From: the human T2T-CHM13v2.0 reference genome, Homo sapiens
NCBI RefSeq assembly: GCF_009914755.1
Contig: NC_060933.1
Length of the DNA: 64,000 nucleotides
Direction: 5' to 3' (one strand)
The notes below the pieces were generated by a model. That model saw only the letters and a list, made by a program, of their open reading frames with translations, ran no database searches and was not told the DNA's origin. Numbering within the stretch: position 1 is the stretch's first letter; every line of letters begins with the position of its first letter. Of this stretch, positions 18,286-36,082 are shown one piece after another. A program made the translations under genes and the position numbers.

Positions 18286-19081
18286 TGAAATGGGAAAGGT
18301 CCTCTTGTCCCCGTTTTAGAGCGTGTGAAGGAGGCATGGCTTGCTTCTTCAGTGCCCCACTGCTCAAGCCTCTAGGGGAGCATACAGATGGGCAGGCCGT
18401 GGGGCTCCGACCCCATGGCAGTGTCTAGGGGTGAATGTTTACAGCTGAAGCCCCAGTGGGTGTGTGTTACAGGGTGCCTTTTAGTTTAGCTGTCTGTAGG
18501 TGGCTTGCGTTAGTCGGCTCAATTAGATCCTCTGCCTTATTGCAAGGATAGAGGGCTTTCTGTATCCCCTGGTTCTTGCCTTGGTGTACCAAAAGAATGA
18601 GATCACATGTGGGCTTGGAGAATGAGTGTAAGGTTTTACTGAGTGGAAGTAGCTCTCAGCAGATAGGGGAGTCAGAAAGGAGATGGTTTTCCCCTGGAGT
18701 CAGGCTGTCGAGCGGCCCGACTCTTCTCCTACTTCCCCAACCAAACGCAGCGTTGTTCTGCTGGTCAAATGGCCTAGGCCCATCAATGACCTGCCAGTGC
18801 CTATCAGTCTGCTCTCGACGTTGAGCTGCTTGCCTTCTTCCACCAATCTACTCGTCTCAATGCCCAGCCGCTTGTGTGTCTGCTCGCTAGGGTTTCAGGG
18901 GTTTTGTAGACACAGGATGGAGGCATGGTGGTCCAGGGTGGTCTTGGGAAATGCAACATTTAGGTGGGAAGGCAGAAGTGCCTGTCTTCAGCTAGTCCAT
19001 GGGCACAGGCTTCTGCAGTGGAGCCTTCGCAAGGGACCACGCCCACCTCTACCCAGCACTTCCCTGCCCACTTCTGTATCA
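18286..19081 (-). mobile_element. Complete ERV1 solo LTR (LTR1/LTR27/LTR28/MER52/MER61-like group)
   Basis: Minus strand TGATACAGAAGTGGGCAGGGAAGTGCTGGGTAGAG...CCCATTTCA; TG...CA termini; 4-bp TSD gatc (18282-18285; 19082-19085). Exact family uncertain. Confidence 0.85.
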
Positions 19082-19137
19082 GATCTACAGGTTGATAATT
19101 CTGTAATGGACTGTAAGGGACTACTGGTTAAGAAAGC

Positions 19138-19247
19138 CAGCACATTCTCTTGGAAAGAGTGCTGCTAGCTTTCTGTTATTATTCATTATAACAACACAGC
19201 ACATTCTCTTGAAAACAATGCTGCTAGCTTTCTGTTATTATTCATTA
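19138..19247. repeat. Imperfect 59-bp-period tandem duplication
   Basis: cagcacattctcttg...tgctgctagctttctgttattattcatta x2, 3 mismatches. Confidence 0.92.
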
Positions 19248-19501
19248 AGCAATTTTGGCCAATTATCATTCTAGAAAAATAGAGAGTGAGATCTAGCTTA
19301 AGAATTTTCAGCAGACTCATTAAAATGTTTCCCTTCAATATACTTCTGTGGTTGCTGTACTTAGTTGTATTGGCCATGCAGTTTTAAAAGTCCGTGTTAC
19401 AGTGCACACAAGCCATGGAGACTGGCAGGAGTAATTCATACTCAGATCAAGGGACTTGATAAACATTGGTGCATTCAGCTCAGGTTCATGGAGCCAACTG
19501 T

Positions 19502-19811
<310 letters not shown>

Positions 19812-20296
19812 AAACTGTCACTTCTTACTGTGACTTTTTTTTTTCCTGTGGCTCAGAGTGGGAATGGATATGGTTGGGGGAGCTTATTAATTGTATGTGG
19901 AAAACCACTTTTTGAAAACTTTATGTATATATAAATATATACATATTTTAAATTTTGTATGATAAATTTGTGTGTTTTGTGGCGTATCAGTTGGAAATAT
20001 TACTTTTAGGTTTATCATCAATTAATAGGGACACTTAGGCTGGCCTGCCATCTTTGCTGACACCCCAGTGTTGAAGCAAATATTGCTGGCTTCTCTCTGG
20101 GGAGTTTGCTGTAGCATGGGCTGGACAGATGGTAGGTATACTCTGCTTATGCTTATCCTCTGTCAGTCTGGGCAAGGAATCGGATATTCCTTCTGAAGCT
20201 GCTTATTCTATGATCACTCAGCAGTTGAACAAGCATCAAAAGGGAATCTGGATTGCTTTCCTGGTCTCTGGATGGCAGATATTAACAATGTAATTT

Positions 20297-20466
20297 ATTA
20301 GCTGGGCGTGGTGGCGGGAGCCTATAATCTCAGCTACTCCAGAGGCTGAGGCAGGAGAATCACTTGAACCTGGGAGGCGGAGGTTGCAGTGAGCCGAGAT
20401 CAGGAGATCACGCCACTGCACTCCAGCCTGGGAAACAATGTGAGACTGTCTCTCAAACAAACAAAC
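20297..20466 (+). mobile_element. 5'-truncated Alu (right arm)
   Basis: TSD aacaatgtaa. Confidence 0.85.
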
Positions 20467-21558
20467 AATGTAACTTAGTTGTTTGGAGGGAATTCATAGA
20501 AAAGGAGATCTGCCAGTGATTTTCATGAAGTTCCTTCCTTTACTACGGCCTCCTTGTGCAAGCTTAAAGTGACTTCTTGCCTGGAGTATTTAAAGCACCT
20601 AGTCTATTCCCCCATCTCCTTATTCTCTTAGGTCTGTTTTTTGTGCTTTGACCAGATTCCCAAATATATTTCTGCTACTCCCTTGCTCTGAAAACCTTCA
20701 TTGGTTCCCTAGAGGAGAACTTGTTGGCCTGGCATTCACATTCAGGGTCTTCAGCAATTAACTCCAGCATAACCTTCCATTCTCATTTGCAGTTGTCACT
20801 TGTGAACTCTGCAGTCCAGCCAGGCTCATCTGGTCACTGTGGCTGGAGCGCGTCTTGTCCTTTCTCTCCTTTGGGCCTCTGTTGACCTCCCTCATGACTC
20901 TATTGGTATTATTCTCCTTTTTTTGAGTGTTTACCCACTGTCTCTAAATCACCTCCACTCTGGCTCATCACTCACCGTGGCCTTTTCTGACACCTCTCTA
21001 TATAGAACCATTTGGTGACATTATCTATACTGTCACTGCGGCACTTGGATTATTGCTTTGTAGATTTCCCAGTTTGCACCTAATTTCCCCAAATAGATGG
21101 CAAATTCTTAAGAAAAAATGTAATGTTTAAAGTATGTTTTTGTGCCTTTGACAACATTTAAAGAAAGCTTTGAACATAGTTGTTATATGATAACTAGTGA
21201 ATGAATCAAATCTAAATATAAAAATACAACTTAAGGTCAAGAATAAATGATTTTTGTAACACCTGCTCCTCTGGATTACCCAGAAGTCTTCTGAAGAATA
21301 TTAAATTTTGACTCTGCAATGTTTTGTATCTAACTGAATGCCTGACAAATAGTAGGTGCTTAATAAATATTTGTCAACTGGAATAAGCATTTGAATAGAT
21401 GAATTAAGTTACTGTGGTTAGAATAAATGAAGAAAGTCTGGATGTAAGCCATGAAACTCACAACCATTTGGCAGCGATACACACACAGTACATACAGCTT
21501 GGGATCTAAGCTCTGAGTGATTTAGGTAGAAGCCTAGCTTTTCAATACAATGGAATTC

Positions 21559-21854
21559 TTTTTTTTTTTTTTCCTTTTGAGACAGAGTCTTGCCCCTTTG
21601 CCCAGGCTGGAGTGCAGTGGTGCGATCTCGGCTCACTGCACCCTCTGCCTCCCAGGCTAAAGTGATTCTCCTTCCTCAGCCTCCCTTAGTGGCTGGGACT
21701 ACAGGCATGCACCACCATGCCCAGCCAATTTTTATATGTTTTGTAGAGGGGTTTTGTTTGCCCAGGTTGGTCTCGAACTCCTGGGCTCAAGTGAACCTTG
21801 TACCTCGGCCTCCCAAAGTGCTGGGATTATAGCCAGGAGCCACTGTGCCTGACC
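21559..21854 (-). mobile_element. Alu (J/S)
   Basis: Full Alu. Confidence 0.85.
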
Positions 21855-21875
21855 TCATTTGTTGTATACTTTTAT

Positions 21876-22039
21876 TTAATAGTCAGGACTGTCACAGCGA
21901 TGCAGTCAGGGGCATGAAGGTATCTCATATTTTTAGGAATAGCGTGTGGAGCAGTTGTTAATAGTCAGGACTGTCACAGCGATGCAGTCAGGGGCATGAA
22001 GGTATCTCATATTTTTAGGAATAGCGTGTGGAGCAGTTG
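21876..22039. repeat. Perfect 82-bp tandem duplication
   Basis: ttaatagtcaggactgtcacagcg...tgtggagcagttg x2. Confidence 0.97.
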
Positions 22040-22061
22040 CTTTGAATTTTGAGAGTACAGC

Positions 22062-22392
22062 CGTGTGTCTCAACAGTTTTAGCACATCAGAATCTCCTGG
22101 GCTGGATGCAGTGGCTCACACCTATAATCCCAGCACTTTGGGAGGGTAAGGCAGGAGGATATCTTGAGCCCAGGAGTTTGAGACCAGCCTAGGCAACATG
22201 GTGAGACCCCATCTGTATTAAAAAAAAAAAAAAAGAATTTCTGGAGAGCTTAGTAAAATTCAGATTGCTGGGCGCCATTCTCGGGGTGTATGATTTTGTC
22301 AGTCTGTGGTGGGGCCCAAGAATTTGCATTTCTTTACGTTCCCAGGTAATGCTGATGCTACTGATTCAGGGACCACACTGTGCGAACCATTG
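22062..22392. mobile_element. MER5A hAT MITE interrupted by a FLAM/Alu left monomer (22100-22234, +)
   Basis: cacatcagaatctcctgg...ggggcccaagaatttgcatttct...gggaccacactg; insertion TSD ~agaat(c/t)(t)cctgg. Confidence 0.8.
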
Positions 22393-23265
22393 GATTAGAC
22401 ACATGTAGCTTGACAGATATTAATTTCAACCTTTCCATGTACTAGCAGTGTTCATATAAATGCCAGGAGTTATGAAGCTGTTTTTAACACTGACTGAGAA
22501 TTTTAATTGGGAATTTTAACATATAGAATTCGGTGGTTTATACACATAGTACTTTGTCAAATCTAACTTTTTTAAAGTGGTTAAACATTTTAACAGCGTA
22601 AAGGCAGACATCTGCTCTTCCAAAGTTCAAATGGTTTTATTATTTAAATATTGGTATGGAACAACTTTTCCAATACATATCTCCTATTTATTCTTAAAGC
22701 TTGGTATAACTTGAAAGAGGAAATAAAATACGGGTAAGTGGAAAAGTGATGGTGTTGTTAACTAATTACAGTCAGCTGTAACAAAACAAATTATTGCTTT
22801 GACCTGACGTAGCATTTTAGTTGAGGTTTACTATGCAGTTTATTGAAGCCATTCTCTTGTTACCTTCAGAGTTATTACTGCCATTATTTTGTTGCTTGAT
22901 AAACTGAGGCCTGATAAAAGGTTCAGATTAAGGTCATGCTGCAGAAATTCAAGAACTTGTGCTGTGCCCTGATTCTGGAATGCTGGAATCCTTGGGTTTC
23001 TATTTATTCGTCTGCTACTGTATTTTGTTTTCTTTTTTAAGAAGCTTGCTTTTGAAAGGCAGGCCTTAAGTGGGAGGTATTCAGTGTTTTTAATGCAGGG
23101 ACAGGCCTAAGTGTCTAAAATGCCTTCCTAAATGTCTGTGAGATTGTATAGGAATGAACCATTAATGTTTATGACTGCATGGTAGGATAGGTCATTTATT
23201 CTTTTTCTGACTTAGATGCTCATATAATTTATTAAATTTGAGAAGCTCATAAGGCTTTTGTAATC

Positions 23266-23301
23266 AGATAAACAATAGAGACATGACCTTGAAAACAAAA
23301 G
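23266..23301. promoter_or_regulatory. Candidate gonadal enhancer motif cluster (GATA, SOX, NR5A1/ESRR, SOX-like)
   Basis: AGATAA 23266-23271, AACAATAG 23271-23278, TGACCTTGA 23284-23292, AACAAAAG 23294-23301. Motif match only. Confidence 0.35.
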
Positions 23302-23340
23302 AATGATATAGAAAACCACCACTTAACGCCACCAAACGTG

Positions 23341-23502
23341 TTTTTTTTTTTTTTTTTTTTTTGAGCCGGAGTCTTGCTCTGTCACCCAGGCTGGAGTGCA
23401 GTGGCGTGATCTTGGCTCAGGCCGACTGAGCTGAGATCTCAGGCCGCCCGCCTCAGCCTCCCAAAGTGCTGGGATTACAGGCGTGAGCCACCGCACCCGG
23501 CC
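23341..23502 (-). mobile_element. Alu with a large internal deletion and filler
   Basis: Alu 3' end joined to Alu 5' end through ~25 nt of non-collinear filler. Confidence 0.85.
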
Positions 23503-23923
23503 CAAACTGATGTTTAAAATAAGAGAAAGGCCCAGTGGGGAAGTTGAGGAGGAGCGAATGGACATGTGCCCTCTCCAGACTTGGGGGTGTGGAATAATGG
23601 CATTGGAATGTCTCATCTCATTAGCTGGGAAGAGGAGAGAAGAAAGGAAAGGAATAGAATAAAACAGTGGTTTGGGAGTGCATTTACAGGAGCCTAGCAT
23701 AGGTGGATTTGGTTTCCTTTCAGAGAAAAGTGACACCAATGCTGACTTTAAAATGAGGCTTCAAAAATAAATTTTGTTGTAGATCTCAGCCAGACCTTCC
23801 AGAGCTTGCACTTTAGTTTTGCCCTCTCCCTTGCATGTTTTTGTTTTCCCACACACTCAGCCAGTGGATGGTTTCTGGGCACCTTCTTTGGGCCATGCAT
23901 TGTGCTGGAAATTTCTCTCATGA

Positions 23924-25078
<1,155 letters not shown>

Positions 25079-25879
25079 GGAGCTTTTACTTTTAACTCAC
25101 ATTATTTTTGATGCCAAGCTACTTGAAAAATGATTATTCCTCAGTCCCTTCAGCAAATATTGACCCACTGTGTCTGGCAGTGTGCTAAGCACGGAGGACA
25201 CAGTGGTGTGCCCGGAGGCTGGGTGCCTTCTTGCTGGATCTCACGTCCTGGTAGTCCTGGTAGGAGAGAGGCCATTCACTGGAGTCATCTCTTTGGATTT
25301 CTTGTTGCTTGTTGCTCCTTGCTCTCTTGCAGGCCTGCATCTGCTCCTTTCATCATGGTTAAAACCGCAAGGCCCTGAAGACCTAGTTGTCTGTTGGTCT
25401 TTTCTAGAACTGTTTGCTTGATGTCCCAGCAGCAGTTGACACCACAGCCTGCTTGCTCTGTGATTCAAGTCAGCTTTAACCTCTGTGACGTTGTATTCTC
25501 TGTTTTTCACGCTCCAGGTCTTGGCTCTCCTTTATTCTGTAACAGCTCCTCCCTTCCTTGCCCAGATGGAGCTAGCACCTCCAGTGGTGACTCTTGGATC
25601 TGGCTTCCAGTCTCAGCCTCTCCCAAAAGCACGCGTTTCATGTTCCTCACCCTCACCCAGCCCTCCACCTGCACACCTGCCCACCCTCTGCTCTACACAC
25701 CCAGGCTCCTGCTCTCTGCCTCCCCTGCATCTTAATTCCTGGCAGCCCCTCAGCCCTCCAGTTCTGTTGCGTTTCATCCCCCACATGTCCCTGGAACAGG
25801 CTCCTCTCTTACATTTGCAGGCCTTAGAGTTCTGGTCTGTCCTTGAACTCACTTTGGTGGTTCCCTAGCAGGTCTTTCT

Positions 25880-26465
25880 GCCTCTGATCTCTCTCTCCTT
25901 CACTTGCCCTAAGCAGTTGCCCTTAGATAAATCTCCTCCAAGCACAGCTCTGACCGTGTAACCTCCTTGCTCAGAACTCAGTGGTTCCCATTACATCCCA
26001 GAGTCAGGAGAGCTGGACTGAGGCCCGCCTCACCTTACCCTAGCCCATCTTTCATACTACATGTCTCCTTCCCTTTTCTCATCCAGTTCCTCAGCCTCAC
26101 TTCCCTGCCCATCATTCCAAACTCTACCCCCACTTTCCTGCTTCCACTCCTTTGTCCTTGCTGCTCCTTTCTCCTTCCTCTCCTTTTCTCATTTTTCACC
26201 TGTGTCCTGCATCTTTTTTTAAGTGCAACTCAGGTGCAGTTTTGTCCATGAATTTCTAACTAGGCTACAAGCCATCTCTGTTTCCTCTGACTTCCCATGG
26301 AAGTTTATGGGTCTTCCTGTATGATGGTAGGTGGTAGGTGGTATTCCCTTCCCATCTTCTATCCTAGACCGTAGACTCCCTGTGGGCACGGCAGCTGGCA
26401 GACGTTTCAGGCACCCGGACTGGCTCTTAGAACATTGTTTAATAAATGTCCATTGGATGGATGAC
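25880..26465 (+). mobile_element. L2 3' region
   Basis: Pyrimidine-rich L2 sequence ending ttaataaatgtccattggatggatga. Confidence 0.6.
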
Positions 26466-26513
26466 TTAGGAATTCATTTATTGGAATTGACAATAAACAC
26501 TTTAATGTCTGTG

Positions 26514-26669
26514 CCAGAGGTTGGGAAACTAGTCTTTGGGTTAGATCAGCCCACTGCCTGTTTTTATAAATAAAGTTTTATTGCAACACAAGCATGCTGC
26601 AGCAGTGATTGAATAGTTGACAAAACCTGAAATAGTTACTGACCTCTTACACTAGAAGTTTGCCCCTGG
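26514..26669. mobile_element. MER58A-like hAT MITE
   Basis: cccactgcctgtttttataaataaagttttattgcaacaca. Confidence 0.7.
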
Positions 26670-27093
26670 TCCGCACCTTTGGCCAGATTTCTGAAGATAC
26701 GTGATCACCTGTGGAAGGAAGTTAAGGAAACAGGTGTTCACCTAAATTCACCTAAACTCTTGGCCACTCGTTTTGACTTTCTAACCTATCTATGTGGCTA
26801 CAATTAATTTTGTTTTAAGAATGCACAATCAGGTCAACTAGATTTGCTCTTCAGTTTCTTGACATTAGGATAGGAATTTCTGGATAGAAGTTGTGCTGTT
26901 GGGCTTTATGTAATTAAAATCACCTCTAAAATGGTTTTGATACTCTCAGTAAAAACAATCAGCTGAGTCTTTCGGTTGTGCCACCAGAGTGAAGCGAACC
27001 TTAGAAACTCTCCCTTATTTTGGCTATAGGAGAAGCAACAGATGGTTTTGTCTTCTGCATATTCAGCTACCTTGCTCCGCAGGTCTTGGGTAG

Positions 27094-27453
<360 letters not shown>

Positions 27454-27494
27454 TGATATTAATTACCCAGAGAGTGAACTGGTTGTGTGAAAGC

Positions 27495-27640
27495 CACATG
27501 CATGTGCACACACATGCACATACACACAGAGGCACACACGCACTTGTGCGCCCAGAGGCACACACAGGTGACACACACAGGTACACACACATATGTGTGT
27601 GTGCCATTTTGCACACATGTAGGCACAATATGCAAAATGT
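27495..27640. repeat. CA-rich/TG low-complexity repeat 45 nt downstream of the exon 3 donor
   Basis: Seen directly. Confidence 0.85.
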
Positions 27641-28041
27641 GTAAGGAATTTTTTACTCTGTCAATAATGCCCTTTAGCCTCAAAGGTTGGCTGCAAGGAA
27701 TTGGAAAGAAATAATGTACAAACTTGTTTTCTTTTTCAAATTTTACTTTTCTCATTTTTTGAATGTTGCATAAATAACCAGTTGGGCACAGGCAGATCAC
27801 AAGTACTGAATGAGGTACCACCTCCTCCAGCTTTGTCCCCACTTTCGTTGGGCACCTTAGAAAATGCTGGGTAAAGCCTTCTGGGTGGCAGTAATCTGCG
27901 TGATGAATTTGCACCTTGGGAAGGAAACAGGTCATAATCTGTATGGAAGAAAGGTAAGAAAAGGAATTCGGTCACTGTTGAGCTGGACCCAACCTGGGTG
28001 CATTTTTCGCTAGGAATAGAGGTCAGTCTTTCATTCTCCAA

Positions 28042-28369
28042 GTTTGTTTTTTTTTTTGTTTGTTTGTTTGTTTTGGTTTGGTTTTTGAGACAGAGTCTCG
28101 CTCTGTTGCCCAGGCTGGAGTGCAGTGGTAGGATCTCAGCTCACTGCAACTTCTGCCTCCTGGGTTCAAGTGCTTCTTTTCACCTCAGCCTGTGAAGTAG
28201 CTGGGATTACAGGCGCCTACCACCCCACCCGGCTAATTTTTGTATTTTTAGTAGAGATGGGGTTTCACCATGTTGACCAGGCTGGTCTTGAACTCCTGAC
28301 CTCAGGTGATCCGCCCGCCTCGGCCTCCCAAAGTGCTGGGATAACAGGCATGAGCCACCGTGTCCGGCC
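28042..28369 (-). mobile_element. AluS
   Basis: Full Alu with (TTTG)n tail. Confidence 0.9.
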
Positions 28370-28769
28370 CCAAGTATGTATTTTTAAAATAGCATGCAAT
28401 CAAGGGCATTTGATATTTGGAGTAAAACAAAGCATTTTACTTTATTAGAGAAGGGAGCGTTTATCTAGGGCTGTTCTGCTTCCTCAGTTGCAACCATTTT
28501 CATCATGCCCGTTTGTTAGCAGCAGATTGAAGGCATCAAAAGCATTCAGAGGCTAGATTACCTTGTACAGAGGTATGTTGTGGGAATATGTAGGTGAAAA
28601 GTTAGACTCAACACCTCCAAGCCCTCTTCCAAGTGAAAGACATTAGGATTCTGCAAGAACTGTTCTCATTCTGGATGCATTTGCCATGCTCAGGCTTCCT
28701 CAGTGGGGATTTGATTCAACGCAATGCCACATATATATTTGGGAGTTCAGTGCAAGTGTTTGACCCTCT

Positions 28770-29780
<1,011 letters not shown>

Positions 29781-29787
29781 TTATTTA

Positions 29788-31670
<1,883 letters not shown>

Positions 31671-32099
31671 CAGAGAGGTAGCAGAAGTGTCAGGAACAGA
31701 GATCTGGATGGCAGTCTTTTCCTCACTTCGCTTTTTCTGCTGTTCCTGGAAGGCTCTCTCACTCTGCTCTTTGGACAATGCCTTGCCCCTCTTGGTGGCA
31801 GCTTCCTAGGAGAGGGCAGAGTCGGGGGCTCTTCTTTGGTTGCTGCCCTGCTTTTCTGTCTTCTTTGTAGAAGGTGCCCCACCGCTGCACTTGGAGAGCA
31901 CCTGTGCTGTTCTCTCCTGACTGATTTTCTTGGTGTGAAAATGGCTCAACCTTGAGGCCAGAATGTGAGGTTGGGTCTTCAACTACTTTCTTGACTGTGT
32001 TGCTAAGGCCGGACTCTCCTCCTAACTTAACCAGATGGAGTCATCTTTTTATTAGCTATCCTGCCTAGTAGGATGTAAACTCTCTTTTTCTTTTTAGAT

Positions 32100-32365
32100 T
32101 GTGATACAAATTTGGGTAGTGTGGACATTTTAGCCATATTAATTCTTACAGCCCATGAACATGGAATATCTTTTCATTTATCTGTCTTCGGTTTCTCTCA
32201 TCAGTGTTTTATAGTTTTCAGTAAAGAAATCTTTCACCTCTTTGATTACATGTATTTTTTTAACTATTGTAAATGGGATTGTTTTCTTGATTTCTTTTTC
32301 AGATGGTTCACTAGTCATGTATAGAAATGCTAACTAATTTTTGTATGTTGATTTTTGTATCCTGT
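32100..32365 (-). mobile_element. L1 ORF2 fragment
   Basis: Reverse complement of gtggacattttagccatattaattcttacagcccatgaacatggaatatc reads DIPCSWAVRINMAKMS, cf. L1 ORF2 IPCSWIGRINIVKMS. Confidence 0.8.
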
Positions 32366-33864
32366 AGGATAACTCCTTTCTGATTTATATCAGAATCAAG
32401 AAAGATTCAAATCTTTCTTCAAAAAAAATCAATATTTTAAAAAAGAAACAAGAAAACAATTTGTATTAAAACCAACAACTCCTTTTTGATTCCTAGAAAA
32501 AAAAAACTGACTCTAGTGGAGATCGTCATAACTTTTTAAAGCTAGAAGGAATTCTTAGAGATGAGTAGAAAGGGTTTCGAATTTTTATTGTACAGTTGAG
32601 ACTTCCTGCAAGCCTCCCTATAAAAACAAGCAAGCCACGAATAATTACTGAGCACCTACTAAGTGCCAAACCTCCTTAAAAAATAGAGCAGTCTCCTAGC
32701 TCGGCATTCCAGAATCTTAAGGCTCTTTTGTGTAAATGCCCTGCCTGCTGAGAGCTGCTTTTAATTGCTTCTGGTCTGCCTCAGCCTGTGTAGGAGATTT
32801 GTGGCCCAATCATAGATTCCTGTCCTGTTGTGAAACAGGAATAACATTTGTGACACTGGAACAAACTCACAATGAATGGCTGGTTCCGCTGACCAGCAGC
32901 TCAATTTCACTTCTGCATTTAATTGCCTGCAAAAGCTGTTTATTGCCTTGTGCACTCCTCCACCGCAACATTATCTCTTAAATAAACATGTTGTACCAGG
33001 TTGACAAGGGAGAGGTGCGTATCGAGTGAGCAGAAATAAATATGGGAGGACTCTGAGCTATGCCTCGGATCTCCTTTCAGGCCCTATGGCAGGCGCCCTC
33101 TTGACTGCTTTTCCAAAGCTTGTGCCCCCAGATGTGTAGACTTACATTCCAGCCACGTTTAGGGTGTGGCCAAATGGCAGCACTGGCAGTTATTTCGTTC
33201 TTTCTGGTGGTTATGTGGTCTCCTCTGAAGTGTTTTATGGTTGTCCATTGACGATAAGGCACCTCGCAGGAATGCATTCATGTCTTAACATGCTTCCAGA
33301 GCCCACCATGTGCTGGGGATCTACCACTGAACAAAACACAAAAATTGGGAAAAGTGAGTCTTGGGAGAAGGCTGCTATTTCTTGATCCCTGTAGTTGGGG
33401 ATTGCCTAAACCTTTCTACAGGTAGGAAGGAAACCGCATTCTGGCATCTGGAGCTTGAAGCACAGAAAAAAGTGCCCCCTTGTGAGTGTTCCTGGCCCGG
33501 TGCTCCAGCACCTTCTGCCTGCTGAGGGTGGAAGGGTTGGGAAGGGCACTCAGAAAAGCCAGTACCTTTTCACTGCTTGTCCGCCGTAAGGAGCAGCCAG
33601 ACAGGCTCTCGTTTTCCCACTGCCCCCCTTTTTTTGTTGTTTTTTAAGTGTAGCTCAGCATCAGAACAACCTGTTTGTTAGCTTGAAAGAATGGTCAAAA
33701 CAAGTCACTTTCCAAAGTATCTGCTGTGTGGGGGTGGCCAGAGCACTCTCTGCAGCTGTGCCATATTTGTGCTGTAGGAAGGCGCAGTGAGGGTGGAGCC
33801 ATGGGAAGACAAGGCGGAAACCTGGCTCTCAGGAGACAGTTATGATGAACAAATATGATTTTAA

Positions 33865-34934
<1,070 letters not shown>

Positions 34935-35161
34935 TGAGCTCCACGGTCAGGTTTCCCAGGATGATGTGCTCTGGTCACTGGAAACTCCTGGGAAGTTCTG
35001 GATGGAGAAAGCGGGAGTGACTTGCCTTACGAACCTGCCCTGGGCCCTCTCACCCTTGGCCGGGAGCCCTTCACAGTCTTGTTATCCACAAGATAACACC
35101 CTCACTCCAAGGCTGCCCTCTCACCCCCATGGCCCACACCATCAGCAAGTGAAACTAGCCC

Positions 35162-36082
<921 letters not shown>

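Noticed and set aside
18683-19168. 161-aa ORF
   Set aside because: Lies antisense within a solo LTR; no retroviral protein similarity.
20284-20473. DMRT-like ACAATGT sites suggesting autoregulation
   Set aside because: Short core, duplicated only because it is an Alu TSD; expected by chance.
21876-22039. Direct repeats as a CRISPR-like array (also 10169 and 19138)
   Set aside because: Two adjacent copies with no spacers, in eukaryotic intron DNA.
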